A stretch of 64,000 nucleotides of DNA, taken from the human T2T-CHM13v2.0 reference genome, Homo sapiens. The position numbers and the translations under genes were made by a program. Positions 40,364 through 55,830 of the stretch are shown here, piece by piece (positions within the stretch are counted from its first letter, which is position 1; each line of letters begins with the position of its first letter). The stretch lies in the NCBI RefSeq assembly GCF_009914755.1, contig NC_060935.1. One strand, given 5' to 3'. Under the pieces are notes generated by a model. The model was not told where the DNA came from and did no database searches. It worked only from the letters and a program-made list of their open reading frames with translations.

Positions 40364-41133
40364 GAGAACCCTCATACACTGTTGGTTGGAATGTAAATTT
40401 GTACAACCACTATGGAGAACAGTTTGGAGGCTCCTCAAAAAACTTAAAGATACCATATGATCCAGCAATCTCACTGCTGGGTATATACCCCAAAAAGCAA
40501 TCAGCATGTTGAAGAGATATCTGCATTCCTATGTTTGTTGCAGCACTGTTTACAATAGCTAAGATTTTGAAACAATCTAAGTGTCCATCAACAGATAAAT
40601 GGATAAAGAAAATGTGATATGTATACACAATGGAGTACTATACAGCCATAAAAAGAATGAGATCCTGTAATTTGCAATAACATGGATGGAACTGGAGATC
40701 ATTATGTTAAGTGAAATAAGCCAGGCAGAGAAAGATAAACATCGCATATCCTCACTTATTTATGGGATCTAATAGTCAAAACAATGGAGCTCATGGACAT
40801 ACAGAGTAGAAGTATTGTTACCAGAAGTGGGTAAGTGTAGTGGGGGGCTGGCTGGCAGGTGGAGATGGTTATAGAAAGAAGGAGTAAGACCTACTATTTG
40901 ATAGCAGAACAGAGTGACTATAGTCAATAATAACTGTACGTTTTAAAATAACTCAGAGTATAATTGGATTGTTTGCAACTCAATGGATAAATTCTTGAGG
41001 GAATGGATACCGATTTTTTATGATGTGCTTATTTTATATTGCATGCCTGTATCAAAACATCTCATGTACCCCATAGTAGGTGGGTATACCTACTATGTAC
41101 CCACATAAATTAAAAATAAAAATAAGTAAAAAA
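40364..41133 (+). mobile_element. L1MA(2-4)-like 3' end
   Basis: accctcatacactgttgg...catggatggaactggag...tactatgtacccaca, then an A-rich tail. Confidence 0.88.
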
Positions 41134-41637
41134 AGTTTTTTGATTAGTACCCCTATAATTCCTGGTGGTTCTGTAGGCTGGTTTTTATAGTATATTAGGA
41201 GGCTTGCTTCTCATAGGAATACACAGAAGAAAAAAATTAGGAAGAATTCTGCTTTTAGACTGCATTTTGTTACACAAAAATCACAAATACTCTATTAACT
41301 ATATAGCCTTTCTCATACATTTTCAACATTTTCCCCTTTATTGTCTCTTTTCACTTAACCTGTAAATGTGATCAAGATTTTCTTGTTCTAGAACAGTTAA
41401 AACAAAATCAAGCACCCATTCCATCTCATTTCTACTCCCTACCCCCTTTCCCCTTTGATCCTGCATCATTCGTGCTGTCACTCATTCTGTTACTATCTTA
41501 TATATTTTTTCATCCTTACGGTATACAATAATGCCTGGAGCACAATGGGCAGACAGAAAAAAGTTAGTAAGTACTGTTACTGAACTTTAGATTGATCTAT
41601 CTATGCTGTCCATTTCTGCTATTTAACATGAACTTAC

Positions 41638-41817
41638 AAATAAATAAAGGCAGCGATGCGATTAACCAAAGTTTCCCATAAAATAAACAAAGATATCAAA
41701 TGAGTTCTCTGAATTTGAAATAACTTTATATTTATTGAAACGGAAGGGAGCAATTTCAGGCATTCGGCTAGGCACCGTCATAGAACCGTGTACTTTTCCT
41801 AATCAGAAATTATCAAA
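41638..41817 (-). pseudogene. CPLANE1-like pseudo-exon
   Basis: Acceptor at 41817 or 41798, donor TTT|gtaagt. F*LG / EKYTVL*RCLAE..LFQIQRTHLISLF..VNRIAAF vs FLLGSYEKSVQLWKKALQE..FLQIRYYLSLLY..MARFMAAY. One stop in 53 codons. Confidence 0.72.
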
Positions 41818-42049
41818 CTGAAATTTAATATGTTTTACAAAATTGTTTGTGTCATATCAATCTCTCCAGGCAGAGTAACAGCTTTATGAGAGCAAGAAAA
41901 CTGTCCGTGTTGTTTACTGCTCTTTCCAGAATCTAACAGTGTCCCTGGCTTGACCGAAAACTCCCTGAGGACAAGGTCTTTGCTTGGCACACAGCAAGAG
42001 TTCTGCAGTCACTTGGTGAATGAATAAAAAAATGAATGAATGGACATAC

Positions 42050-43061
42050 TGAACAGTTTTCAGTAGCTTATGAAAATGAAATTACTAATTGAACTTAAGA
42101 AGGGTAGTCAATATGTTCAGCAATTAGCAGATTAAATGTTGCACAAAAAATTGAGAAAACTTTCTAAAGTTTTCTGATAACTATTGTGAGGTGAACAGTA
42201 TTATATTTTATCCTTGAAATTGATTTATTTATAAATATATTAATATATCCTAATAAGATTTGATGATTCATTAGCAGATGATTTCAAATATCCAATAGCT
42301 TTCATGTAGATGGCTTTTTAAGGGAATTGGGTAAGCTTTTATTTTTGCTTCATTCTTTAACGCTAAAAGCCGAATAGTGCTTTAAAGCTAAAAGCTGGAG
42401 TGGCAGAGCCATTATTTTCTTATGCTTCAGAAAAAAAAAAAACCCATAAGTAATATCAGATGACATAGCATACTCCTTTCAGGGTGGTAAACAAATACTT
42501 TTGTTCTTTGTCTTGGAGATACATCAAACCAGGTAAGAAAATGGCAAGATTTATTCTGAATCTATAAATTAGACCAGCAGATTTGCCATATTTTTGGCTA
42601 TTTCATCACTTGGGGATCTGTGAGCTTTTATCAGTGAAAGTACAAGAACATTCTTCTTGCTATAAGATACTATTATTTTACTGCAATTCTCTTAGGATTT
42701 CTGTGAGGTTCCCTTATATAGAAAAATGCACAGAGCTCTGATTTCATGTCTTTCAAGGGCTGTATCTTAGTGCATTAAATTGTCTTAATATCTTTAGCTC
42801 TGGAATTTTACTTCTTTGTTTCCACATTTGAAAATCTTCTTTTTTCTTTTTAGTATCTCATTTTAAAGAGCATATACATGTATGTGAGTGTGGCTGGGCA
42901 ATTTTCTTAATGTCCAAATATAATTATCTTTAGGTGATACTTAACGCTTTCTTACAATTTGACTAAGAAAATTTGGTACACAAATTACAATGATTTCCAT
43001 TATGTTCAACTGAGAACATTCTTTGGCATTTGTAGCTATGATTTTCTGAGCCTTGCAATGT
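42050..43061 (-). pseudogene. Large CPLANE1-like pseudo-exon
   Basis: Dead acceptor ctaa(t)n-acaa|, donor TCA|gtatgt. NIMEIIVICVPNFL vs NLMLNYIVVCITHFF; TTLKGVCYV vs DNLNGVYIL; KAIYMKAIGY vs RILYKKTLWY; FLNFLCNI*S vs VKSLLCHLQA. Confidence 0.75.
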
Positions 43062-43394
43062 TTGTAAAAAAAAAAATTAGAGTAGTTGATTTATATCATA
43101 GTTTTAGTCTTCATTCAAGTTCCCTTCTTGTAATGTCACATGATTGAACACTAGCGTTTTTTTGTTTTAAAAATTTTATTTTATTCATTTTGTCAAAGAT
43201 TTTATTCATTATGTCAAAGTTTTTTATTGATTTTTTTTAACCTGGGAAGTTATTGGCATATTGGGGGTGTAGGGCATGTGGTTACCTCCAACAACCCATA
43301 GAAAAGATTTTAAAAATTCCTCATGGTGTCAAATGATTAAAATACATCCCTAATAGGAGACAAATTTTCACTAGAATTCCTGGAATATATTCTT

Positions 43395-43725
43395 TCTCTG
43401 TCTCTCTTTTCTTTTGCTTTCTTTCTTTCTTTCTTTCTTTTTTTTTGACGGAGCCTCACTCTGTTGCCCAGGCTGGAGTGCAGTAGTACGATCTCAGCTC
43501 ACTGCAACCTCCGCCTCCAGGTTCAAGCAAGTCTCCTGTCTCTGCCTCCTGAGTAGCTGGAATTATAGGCATGCACCACCACGCCCAGCTAATTTTTGTA
43601 TTTTTAGTAGAGACGGGGTTTCATGATGTTGGCCAGTTTGGTCTCGAACTCCTGACCTCAGGTCATCCACCTGCCTCGACCTCCCAAACTGCTGGGATTA
43701 CAAGTGTGAGCCACCATGCCTGGCC
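43395..43725 (-). mobile_element. AluSx-like
   Basis: Full dimer; 16-bp TSD cctggaatatattctt. Confidence 0.95.
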
Positions 43726-43826
43726 CCTGGAATATATTCTTGAGTTATAGTTTCATCAATGATATTAACCAAGTTAAAGGATGAATTTATTAATGAAAGA
43801 GTGTAGCTAACCTGGGAAAACATTTT

Positions 43827-44125
<299 letters not shown>

Positions 44126-44142
44126 AAACATGTTTTAGAGGG

Positions 44143-44145
<3 letters not shown>

Positions 44146-44234
<89 letters not shown>

Positions 44235-44240
44235 TATGTA
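44146..44240. repeat. (CT)n(GT)n compound microsatellite
   Basis: Seen directly in the sequence. Confidence 0.95.
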
Positions 44241-44244
44241 TTTA

Positions 44245-44564
44245 TTGTAAAATTGTTGTCCAGAGAAATGCTGGGTCTGAGGGATACAGGCAGTCCTGCA
44301 CCTATCGTCTTTCATGATAAGGTAACAAACTGCATCCTGCTTGGTACATCAGTCCCATGCGAATTCAATTGTTATAAGCACACCATTAGCAATTACTCAT
44401 TTGTAAATGTACTAGCAAGTTTTTGGTTTTGGATCTTCAAGTCTTGGACCACTTGTTGTACTACTAACCTGTTACATACTTCTATTTATAATTTTAGCTG
44501 AATTCAAATATGATGTCTTTCTTCATGTCTTACAAGCTTTTGATGTTTAGCAGGACCATTAGAC
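44245..44564 (-). pseudogene. CPLANE1-like pseudo-exon; 3' end uncertain
   Basis: Acceptor aataatctag|. LLNIKSL*DMKKDII vs GLNLRSLNSLRSSLL; PSRMQFVTLS*KTI vs EGRLEFASMFDTI (frameshift between the two). Confidence 0.65.
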
Positions 44565-44656
44565 CTAGATTATTCAAATATGTGTATTAATTTTTTGTTA
44601 TATCAATCTTAGATATGAAGGCTGCTTCTTATGGAAATATTTTATGTTTAACTTAC

Positions 44657-44954
44657 TCAAGGTGGGTATTTGTCCTGAATTACACAAATACCTAAGACAA
44701 GAACATATAGGAAGTGGAAATAGAGTCAAGTAAATTGTCACCACCAAGATTAGTAGATGCCAGTGAAAAGTAAAGATTAAAAAAAAAAAAACACCAGGAA
44801 AATGGCTTAGAATCACCATGAGCTATACACAATTGGTGCCAGGTTGGTACTACTTTTTATCGAAGGCAGCAGTATGAACTAAATAATATTTATAACCTAC
44901 ACCAATTCTCCTTGCCTCTTTTGGCTTTGATAGTGGCTGTTTCTGAAGGAATAC
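44657..44954 (-). pseudogene. CPLANE1-like pseudo-exon
   Basis: ttttaccttgaag| ... TGA|gtaagt. QK..VINII*FILLPSIKSSTNLAPIVYSSW vs QK..FINTLNFVTLCGSLKGCSNKSPVV..SYW. Followed by a 92-nt GT-AG intron (44656-44565). Confidence 0.72.
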
Positions 44955-45029
44955 CTTCAAGGTAAAATATATTTATTATATTACTATTAGGAGAATTTCT
45001 TCAGTTATTTATTTAAAACTTTAGGTTAT

Positions 45030-48000
45030 TTAAAAAGATGGGTAGTTTTAGCCATGGCAGAAAAAGAGGTGTTAGATTTCCTCTCCAGATGTAAATAACT
45101 ACAAAATTAAATAAAATATCTAAAACAATGGTTTCTATTCATGAGAAAACAGACAGCAGAGAGATGTGGTTTTTGATAGAAGGAAAACACATGAGCTGAA
45201 CTTTAAATTCCACCTGATTATCTTTTTAAGGACACTTTCCAAGACATGGTACAAAGCAGTTAACCTAAGTAGTTATCGGTAGTCAATCTAGTTGCAGAGA
45301 CAATGGAGCTCAGGCATCCTAAGGTAGTCGGAATTCATGGGGGCAGGCTTTTAGAGAAGAGGAATAAAGTAAAGGAGAAGCTCTAAAATGTTCATTGAGT
45401 TCCCTTGAGACTTTATAAAAATGCTAAACTGAATATACTTTGAAGCATAAGAGAATAACTGCTAGGGGAATTTGAGATAAATAGATACTCTGGAATTCAC
45501 ACAGTACTTGGGGACACTGGATTTCTCAACAGGAAAGTAGAGAATCTCACTGAATATTATTGATCCTTTAAAGTCACCATGCCTTAGCAAGAGGACTAGT
45601 CCATGTATGCTTTATCAAAATCCTGAAAACAATCCTTAAAATGTCAAGTCATCTATCACCAACTTCTTTACAAGAAGACAAATAAATGCAATCACGCAGC
45701 AATATGTCATTCACAATATTCAGCATGCAAATAGACATGCAGACCATAAATAGGAGGAAATACCACAGTTACTAAAATTAGTTCCAGAAATAATAGGAAT
45801 GTTAGGATTATCAGATAAGGAATTATAAAATAAGTATTATAAACATGTTTGAAGATTTATAGTAAAATATACCATGAGTAAAACACAGATGCAGGGATAT
45901 AAAATTTTTTATTATAAATTATAATTTTTTACATTTTTCTTAATAATAATAAATGGAGACAGGCTTTCACTATGTTGCCCGGGCTGGTCTTGAACCCCTG
46001 GCCTTAAGCAATCCTTCTGCCTTGGCCTCTCAAAGTGCTGGGATTAAAGATGTGAGCCACTTTGCCCAGGCTTAAAATTATTTGTAAAACAGTTACCTGG
46101 ACATACTGGAACTGAGAAACATCTGAAATAAAAATGTTACTGAAATGAATTAATAGAACATTTGATTCTGTAGAAGAAAGAACTAGTGAACATGAAGGCA
46201 AGACAATGGAAAGTAAGCTAAGCTAGAGAAAAAAAAAATGATTGCAGCTCAGTGACCTGTGAGATAATCTTATACAGTCTAAGTTATGTGTAATAGAAGC
46301 TCAAAAAGGGAGGATAGATAAATTCAAGTGGAAACATATTTCAAATATTAATAGTCATATTTTTCCAAATTAGAGAAAAATGTCAAAACAGAGATTCAAG
46401 AAGTTCAGTGAGCCCCAATCAGGATGAAAACATGGAAAAGCACATCTTAATCAAATTACTGAAAACCAAAGATAAATAGAAAACATTTTAAATTGGTTAG
46501 AAAAAAAAGACATTGTATGCAGAAAAACAATAGGAAAAAATGTACTGCTGACTTTACGTTGGAATCAATACATGGCAGAAAATAATGAACTTATAACATT
46601 AAAAAGCAGGAAGAAATTATCTTGAATTATATACCTAGCAAATATCCTTGCAAAAGTGATGGTAAAATATGGATATCTTCAAATAAATAAAAGTTGGGAA
46701 ATTTTGTCACCAGTAAGTCTGCTCTATAGGCAGTATTGACAAAAGTTCTTCAGGCTGACAAAAAATAATATCAGACAGAAATGCAAATATATATGAATAA
46801 ACATTGTGATAGAAATGGAAAGTATGTGGGTAAATATAAGATTTTTTTGTCTCATTTTTATAAAAGACAATTGTCTGAAAAGATAAATAACATGTGCTGG
46901 TGTGAAGTTTATAGTGTATGGAGAAGTAAACTGTCTAGCAATGTTAGCATAAAGAATGAGGAGTGTAAAGCACTCTTTTAAATTTTAAATTGTACCTGAA
47001 ATAATTCAATATGCATTCAAGACATACTTTGAAAAGTTAAGGACACCTGTAGTGAATCTTAGAACAACACTGAGAAACAAGAAAGTAAAACTAAAATCCA
47101 AAAGAAGGCAGAAAATAAAAGAGTTGAAAAGAGTTGAAACAAACGGTGAATAAAAAGTATAAAATGGATGTCCACTCACCAGTGTCAAAAAGTAATTCTA
47201 TTAAATGCATTAAATAAAATAATCACACAAATTAAACACCATAGATTTTCAGATTGAATAATAGAAAAGCAAGACAACTACTTCTTAAACTAGATTCTTT
47301 CTAATTATAAAAGTACAAAGAGATCAAAAGTAAAAAGATAACAACAAGGCACCTTAAAGTCTAATTTCAATAAATCTAAAATGTGAATGGGAACAAAGCC
47401 ATGAAAAAGTGTTCATTAGTCATCAGGGAAATACAAATTAAAACTTATGAGATACCATACATCTGCCAGGGAGGCAAAAACAAATTAAAAATAAAATGAA
47501 ATAAAATAAATCTAAGCTCTGGTATCATCAAATATTGGCTCATAATTTTGTCATAAAAGTACAAGTGATGGATTCTTTCACACGATGGGTGGAAGTGCTA
47601 AATGGTAAATCAGTCTGGAAAAGTACTGGTAGTTTATTATAAAGTAATACATATCTCACAATCCAGGAATACCTCTCATGAGACTTTTCTTTTGATAAAT
47701 ACAAATATATATCCTCAAAAAAGACTTAGATACAAAAGTTCACACCAACTTATTCAAAATAGTAAGAAATTGAAAATAGCCCAAATGTCAATCCACAAAG
47801 GAATCAAAAACTGTTAGGTGTATACATACAAAAGAATAGAATTCAGTAACAAAAACGATGAACTGCTGATATGCACAACATAGATTAATACCTCAAACAG
47901 CAATGAGCAAAATAATTCATACACAGAAGAGTACATATATTATGATTTTACCCTTCTATAGTTTTAGAACAGGTAAAATTAATCTATGGTGACAGATGCA

Positions 48001-48170
48001 TTCACAGGGTTTTTCCCTGGAAGGGTCATGATTGGCTGGGAAGAGGCATGAGGAAAGTTTATCTTGTGATGTGAATGTTCTATAACTTGACATGATTGTA
48101 TGCATTTTCAAATTTATTAAACTCTTCAATTATAATCTATTTTTAGCTAAGTATAAATTATACTGAAGGA
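45030..48170 (+). mobile_element. Old L1M (MC/ME-type), internally deleted, 5' UTR to 3' end
   Basis: ORF1-like segment (gattcaagaagttcagtgagcccc...) and 3' end motifs (aattaatctatggtgacag). Confidence 0.75.
45955..46071 (-). mobile_element. FLAM_C/AluJ left monomer
   Basis: Single Alu arm nested in the L1. Confidence 0.88.
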
Positions 48171-48238
48171 AACAAAAGACATTTTGTAATGATTACATAT
48201 TTTTCTATATTAAAAATGTAAATTGAGCTTTAAAAAAC

Positions 48239-48500
48239 CTTAATCATGAGTGAGGAACCCAGATATCGTATGCATATTCTCTAGTTCCAATTTAGCTACA
48301 TCAATAAGTCTGATTTGCACGTAATCTTGTGCTTCCTAATTAGAGACCCTCAGTTACTGGAAGTGTAAAAAAACCATTAGAAGATTGATTAAAAAGTCCA
48401 TAGTACTGGCATGTGTCAACACAAGAAACATCTTTTTCTTCAAACTGATTTGAAAAGTATTTGACTAAAGATCTTGAGTATCTGTTTTGTTGCTGTTGTT
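48239..48500 (-). pseudogene. CPLANE1-like pseudo-exon; 5' boundary approximate
   Basis: Single frame RYSR..FEEKDVSCVDTCQYYGLFNQSSNGFFTLPVTEGL*LGSTRLR..YAYDIW vs RWSQ..TEDKEAVVNAVFIKNELFGDCCLCSFTFYSGECLKLTFLAIRW..YHVHW. Donor AAG|gttttt, phase 2, compatible with the next exon. Confidence 0.75.
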
Positions 48501-49457
48501 CCTCAATTTATTTTTGATTGAAGTAATAAACAACATACACATATAAGAATTCAAATAATTCTGAAAGGTTTCTGTGAAAAACAGCTCATTGTTTCTGCTC
48601 TCAAAAATGTATGTTCACTGCTTCTTCTTGAACTATTTACTCTGAATAGACTCTATTGTCTATTATAAGCTTTTTATGGTAGTTGACAGGTTTTCTTTCT
48701 TGGATACATATCCTATCCCCACTAACACAGTTCCAATACTCCTAATTATTCTTCTTTATAAGTTGTATTTAATGAAACAATAATGAGGACTTAAGGTATT
48801 ATAATTATCCTTATATTTATCACTACTAAATAGCTTCTTTTAAAATTATATTTATTCTACAGTTGGTGTTATTTTTATTTGCTTAGTTTTGACACTGGGG
48901 CTGGTATTCTACCCAATATACTTCAAAATATCTTTCAACAGCTAGCAGTACATGATTTCCAATGCCCAGACACAGTCAATATTTTAAATTCCACTCTTCC
49001 ATCACATTTCACCCTCTCTCTTCCTCCAATAGCTTCCATCTTACAGCAGCAAGTCTAGAAAGATTACTTTTGCTGTCTAGAGTACAATTGCTATCCTGGG
49101 AAGTCCCTTTTATTCTCCTTTGCTGGCTGTCACATCGTGATACCATGTTGTTCTGTTTCATCCTCTGCCATCATCCTTCTATTCTCTTTGTTCTTAAAAG
49201 TTCACAATTTCTTTTTTTCTCTTGTGATTTTGATTAGATATGGGAAAAAACATAAGCACATGTGATCATTATGCTATGTTTAGACCAACTTTCTGAGCAT
49301 GTACTTTGTATTATTTTCTGTCATTTTTCTTTTAAAAATTAAAATGTCCCACCCAAGAACAAGTAGATGAATGATTTTGTTCATATGTGAAAAATGGCAA
49401 TCGATTAAGTTACTGATTCAAGGGAAACAGAAATGTCCATCTATTCCCCAATCCAAC

Positions 49458-49589
49458 CTGAATGCTGTCCTAAATCCAGTTTTCCTTGTGCTCAATATTA
49501 CAGTTAGTGCCTTATGTTAAGATTAATAGCAATTACTTTTACATAAATCATATAAGAAAGGACCTGTCATCATTATTACAAAGAAACAT
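49458..49589 (-). pseudogene. Possible CPLANE1-like pseudo-exon
   Basis: cttttaattatag| ... CAG|gttgga. MFLCNNDDRSFLI resembles LYVSGNGKRIVLI, followed by several stops. Confidence 0.35.
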
Positions 49590-49677
49590 CTATAATTAAA
49601 AGTAAGTAGACACTTGTCAACTACAAGAAAATAGGCATATTCTCAATTTGTTATATATAAAATGGAATTAAAATTTC

Positions 49678-49984
49678 CTATTTTATGTTGTTTTGAAGAA
49701 AGATAAAATTTTTGTGGTAAATGATTTTGAAATATAAAGTATTATTAAAAATAAAGGTTAATTGATGCTTAATATCTACACGAAAAGTTATATCATTAAC
49801 TGGAATGGTTTGTCTATAGCAAATGGAAAGCCACATGCAAAAACAATTTATTTCCTTTTTGGCAAAAGGAAAAGTGTAAGGGGCAAGGTTTGGAAGGCAG
49901 ATACATTTGCACTGCTGCACAGGGAAGGAGGAAGTGGTGTTGCTAAGTGCCTGATAATCTAAAAGAAATAAGAGCAGCGGTTCC
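49678..49984 (-). pseudogene. CPLANE1-like pseudo-exon (N-terminal beta-propeller region); 3' end uncertain
   Basis: Acceptor ctttcttaagtcag|G, then ~100 open codons: EPLLLFLLDYQ..CLPNLAPY..CMWLSICYRQTIPVND vs EKEAVFLLDDK..KIPSLQPF..DAWLAG..CLKTIPITE. Confidence 0.75.
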
Positions 49985-51554
49985 CTGACTTAAGAAAGTT
50001 CTGAAGAGACCAGTGCCTACTTCTCTGCATGATGACAGTTATTAGGCTATTTATAACTACTATAATTGAAGGGAGTTTCAAATGCATTCTCATTCTATTT
50101 GTAAATACAATTGATTGATTTGCTGAACTAAGGTAGTTTTGAGATATGTGACGTTGTCTGATATATATGGATGTTTGGTCAACAGTCCAAATGCATATGG
50201 AGCCAGATGCTGCTTAGTAATTTAATTGTTAAATAATAAAATCTGTGAATTGATGCTTTCTCATAGAATATTTAATGATTACACAAAGGAAGTATCATGC
50301 ATTTTTTTTTACATATTAGGATTGGAATTAATTTCCAGCTCAGACAATTGAAAAAGAGGCAGCAGATATAAGATCACTCTGTACAATTTAAAGTAGATAT
50401 GCAGAAGAGAGAAGCAGTTGGCCAGTGTGTACTCTGCATGGAAAGACAAGTAGTGGGTCAAAGCTCAATGGGGAGAAAGGCCACTTCTGGGAACACACAG
50501 CAAGTAACTAATGACATTCTGTGGAGCAGAATGAAAAGATAAATTATATATGAAAATGGTTCTAAATTAAAAGTAAAAAATAAGCAATTGCCAAGGGTTA
50601 GTGCACTCTAAACAAATAGTCATGAGTACCATGATGCAGAAAGGTACAGAAGCATGGAATTGTATATGAGAAACATAGCAAACAAAGCACATGAAGCACA
50701 GAGAATGGGTAAACACAATGTAAGCAATGTAAACAGAAGGTAAAACAGAGCCAAATAAAAACTGCAAAAATTCTCTTATTCTGAGTCTCATGTGTTCCTG
50801 GGAAAAAGAATTAGAAACTGGTATAAAAAATTTCCTGATGTAATATTTATAACTGGTCTGGATAATTTAGTATAAGTTGATTATGTAGAAAACTAGATAT
50901 AATTATCTCGTCTTCTGCCTGGAGATCAGATATTCTCAACTAGTCTTTATGCTCATTTTCATATGTTTCTGAGATACTATTAGAGTTAAATATCCATACT
51001 AGATGGACAGCATGTCTATTTGCATATATAGATTCTGGTACCATAAGTGGGTAAAACTAGATGAGTCTTCTATATAGGACCCTGTTGTGATAAAACTTAC
51101 TTTTGACTGGTCATGTTTTATATTGCACTTACATAATTTGTATTTGTTTTTAGAGCCAGAGTTAACCTAGAAGACAGAAGGCTAGGGTGATGGCTAAAAT
51201 CCTTTTGGGAATCTTCCACTGGTGGTATTGTAGCCTAAATATTTATTTTAAGGGAAAGCTAGAGATAACCAGAAATAAGTATTGAATTCACAATGGAGGC
51301 AATAGAAGTTGCTAAAGTCAGAAAGAAGGACAAAGTCAGAATATAAGGGCAAGCACTATGGCCAGGTCCTAAGAAAACTGAATAAAAATTGTATCTGGAG
51401 GAGCTAGATGTGACTTTGTGAAGGCCACATAATCAAGAGATCATAGATATCTGTCTGAGAAATGTCACAACTTAGCAGGCATCCAATTTTTCTTAAATGG
51501 GCTGGCAAATGTGGTTTACAGGATGTTTCAAACTGGCTGTAAGAGATACCGGTA

Positions 51555-52622
<1,068 letters not shown>

Positions 52623-52881
52623 AATTAAACATTACCAGCATCCCTTCCTGCTTACACATCAAAAAACTCCACCAAAATCAAAACAAAAACAATATGTAGA
52701 TCTAAGTTTATGAATATGAGGTTTTACAACATATATTTTTATATTTTAAATTGTAGGACAATATTATGCCATGATTTTATTTATTGATGAATATACCTAT
52801 GTTATTATATATGAATGTTTGTGTGATAAATAAAATGTAGGTATACATAGTTTCAAATAATTTTTTAAAATACTGCTATTA

Positions 52882-53157
<276 letters not shown>

Positions 53158-53645
53158 TCAGATTTAAAAGGTAATAAAGAAAAGAAAAATAAACTCATAT
53201 GAATAGCAGATAGGATGAAAAAATTAGTAGTAACATGAAAGTCCTCAACACTCCCATATTATCATTTTGTAACTACTTGGTAGCCAAGCACTGCCTAAAT
53301 CAACTTTAGTGGGAAGCTGAACAGGGGACAAATCTGATTGGGGGCTTTGCACCAATTACTTTACATAATTACAGAGAAAACTTTGGTTATGATAAAAATA
53401 TCAAAGAAAATATTGGTCAGAATATTAACTTTATGGACAGTGTTGGTAGGCAGAAGAGCCAAAGAGAAGAGAGTCATAGACAAATGCGATACCACACTGC
53501 GTGTTCAGTGCATTTGACATCTGTTGATGTCTTCGCTCAGAAAAAGCTACTTTGTTTTGTTTTTAAAAAGTTAGGGTATGTTATTCCCTAACCATTTAGG
53601 TTGTCCTCAGAAAAATATAGAGTATCTCTAGTTCAACATTCTCAC

Positions 53646-53734
53646 CTATCCTGGAAATCTAATCCTTCCAAAATGGCTATCCATGCCATTTTCTCTTATA
53701 AATAACTCTGTTCTTAGTAGTTGCAATGATCACA
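53646..53734 (-). pseudogene. CPLANE1-like pseudo-exon, first coding exon
   Basis: Acceptor cccactctcag|, donor TAG|gtgag. 27 codons from TTG(53726): LQLLRTELFIRENGMDSHFGRIRFPG* vs recalled MEIRLEILTSTGIKQKKPWPRVSWLGK (same length; F/W, R, I/V, F/W and G align). Confidence 0.65.
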
Positions 53735-55619
53735 CTGAGAGTGGGTAGTGTGTGGAATATAGTAGGAAATTTTGAACAGCAAGATGACCAGTCTATAGTT
53801 AGAATTATTGTACCTCTGGGGGGCTGTATATACAATGTACCTAACCCTGTGTTCAGAAAGACAGATTCCTGAGATTGGCAATTGCATCAGAACCACATAA
53901 AGTTGCTTGAGAGCATTTGCATAGAAAAAGGGTTTTGCAGAAGTAAGGGAAAGAGAAAGGAAAGCTGAGAAGAAACAACTGATGTTCACTGCAAAATAGC
54001 TTAGCTTAGAGGGCAACAGAGTGCAGTTTTCCATCTCTATTTACTTTTGTTTCCAAGATACAAATGTCTAGTAGAGCCTAGTATATAAGTAAGAGGGTTG
54101 GAAGATACTAAAATGAAAGGACCTGCTCAGAGAAGAGACCCAGGATTGGATCTCCAGTCCAGCTGCATGGAAGGATGAAGGCAAAGTGGTGACCATTAAT
54201 TCATACATTCATTTACTCTTCCATGCGTTTATTGAATGATTAGTCTTTAGCGTTGGGTTAGAACGGTGAACAGGATGAGCAAGCTTCTTACTGTCAGGGA
54301 GCTCAAATTATAGTGAGCAAAGAGAATGCTTGAGCCATCTTCAAAACTCACTGAGTGTTTGGCTCATATACTTTTTTTTTCTTTTTAATAGACAAAGGGT
54401 AGAGAAAACAGAAGAGAGGATACCAGTGAGGGTCAAGCCTAATGTCTTCTGACCTTTTTCTTTTTTGTCACTGAAGTGACATGGAGGAGAAGAGGAAAGG
54501 AGAAAGGACATTGCTCAAGTGTGTGGTCCTCCAGTGGTTATCTCAGTTATTAGTAAATATGATTAAATTGGCAAATAGGGGGTGGAGTGAGAAGCATTCC
54601 CTTCCATTTACTGATAAACTTTAAACGGATCTCTTTGTAGGAATTAGGGTCAGGTTATGAGTGTAAAGTATACAGGGAAATGGGTCACAAGCACACAAAG
54701 CATATATCCTGAGAGATAAATTTATTTTCTGTCTCCAAGACTCTGATGTTTTGGAAAAATTGAATCCAGTGTCTGTAAGTTTCTAAAAATATATTTTAGG
54801 CTGTTTAACTTTTTTACTTAACATCATGTAACTCAAATGTCACCAGCTTTCCCATTCTGCCCCCTGCCAAATATTTCCCAGTTTCTGAGTTTCTCAGATA
54901 CTGCCTAAAAGTAATCCTAATCAAATTTCAAAGACTTCTCTGCCCAGAACTCATCTTGCCCCTACATGGCTGCCCCTGTAATAACCACCAATGACCCTGG
55001 AGAGCCAGCTGTTCATTTGAACAGTACTGTCCTTCACTAGTGACCCCTGCCCCTGCCCCACTGTGGCCTTGGGGAATGCTGATCCCTTTGTTTTCCCATA
55101 GAACAAATGAAACCACGTTTTGCCTTGTGAAAATACTTACGGAGGAGAAATAATAGAAATATAGTCCAAATACTTATTTTTAAATGCTATTCAAATTTGC
55201 CACTCTCAGAACCCACAAGCTCAAACTTGACCTCAGAATCCTGTACCAAGCTGGCTTCTTCTATAACTTCTGAAACATCTGCAAACGGCAGGGGTCAAAT
55301 CACCACCATGAATGCTCTGGCACTTTTACTTTCTAGACTTCAGGCCTGTCTAGACCCCAAAAAAGGGACATCTTTCTTCCCCTCATCCTGAGATCCATCT
55401 TTTTTACTGACCCAGAATTCACTACTTTCCAGAATTATAATTGTGGAAGTCATAAGCAGGCAACAACACCATTCCTTGCTAGCGTGGAATCTGGCTTCAC
55501 AGGCCCCGAGAGAGAAACAGTAGCCTAATAGCACATTTATCAATCTCGAACTTATTTAATCATAGGTATCACCAAGTATTTCACCTTAGACTGTGCATTT
55601 CATAATGTCAAAGCTAGTC

Positions 55620-55830
55620 TCACAGGGTAACACTGGGTAAGATTAAAGGACTCTGTAACCAAAATGTCTATGTTTGAATCCTAGGTCTATGACTTTCTAG
55701 ATATGAGACCATGAAGACTTTACTTAACTTCTCAGTTTTCTCATCTATAAGTTGGGGATAACGACAGTACTTGTTTTTAGAGATATCTGGAGAATTTAAA
55801 GAATTAATGTATGAAAATGACTTAAAACTG
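55620..55830 (+). mobile_element. MIR
   Basis: tttgaatcctaggtct...ctcagttttctcatctataagttggggata. Confidence 0.75.

Noticed and set aside
36036-41817. Alternative assignments to TMEM232, RFX or Mab-21 families
   Set aside because: Each gave only one or two short resemblances, not a collinear series.
50567-50791. ORF MRLRIREFLQ.. as the gene's N-terminus
   Set aside because: No suitable donor; 53646-53726 fits length, motif and splice site much better.
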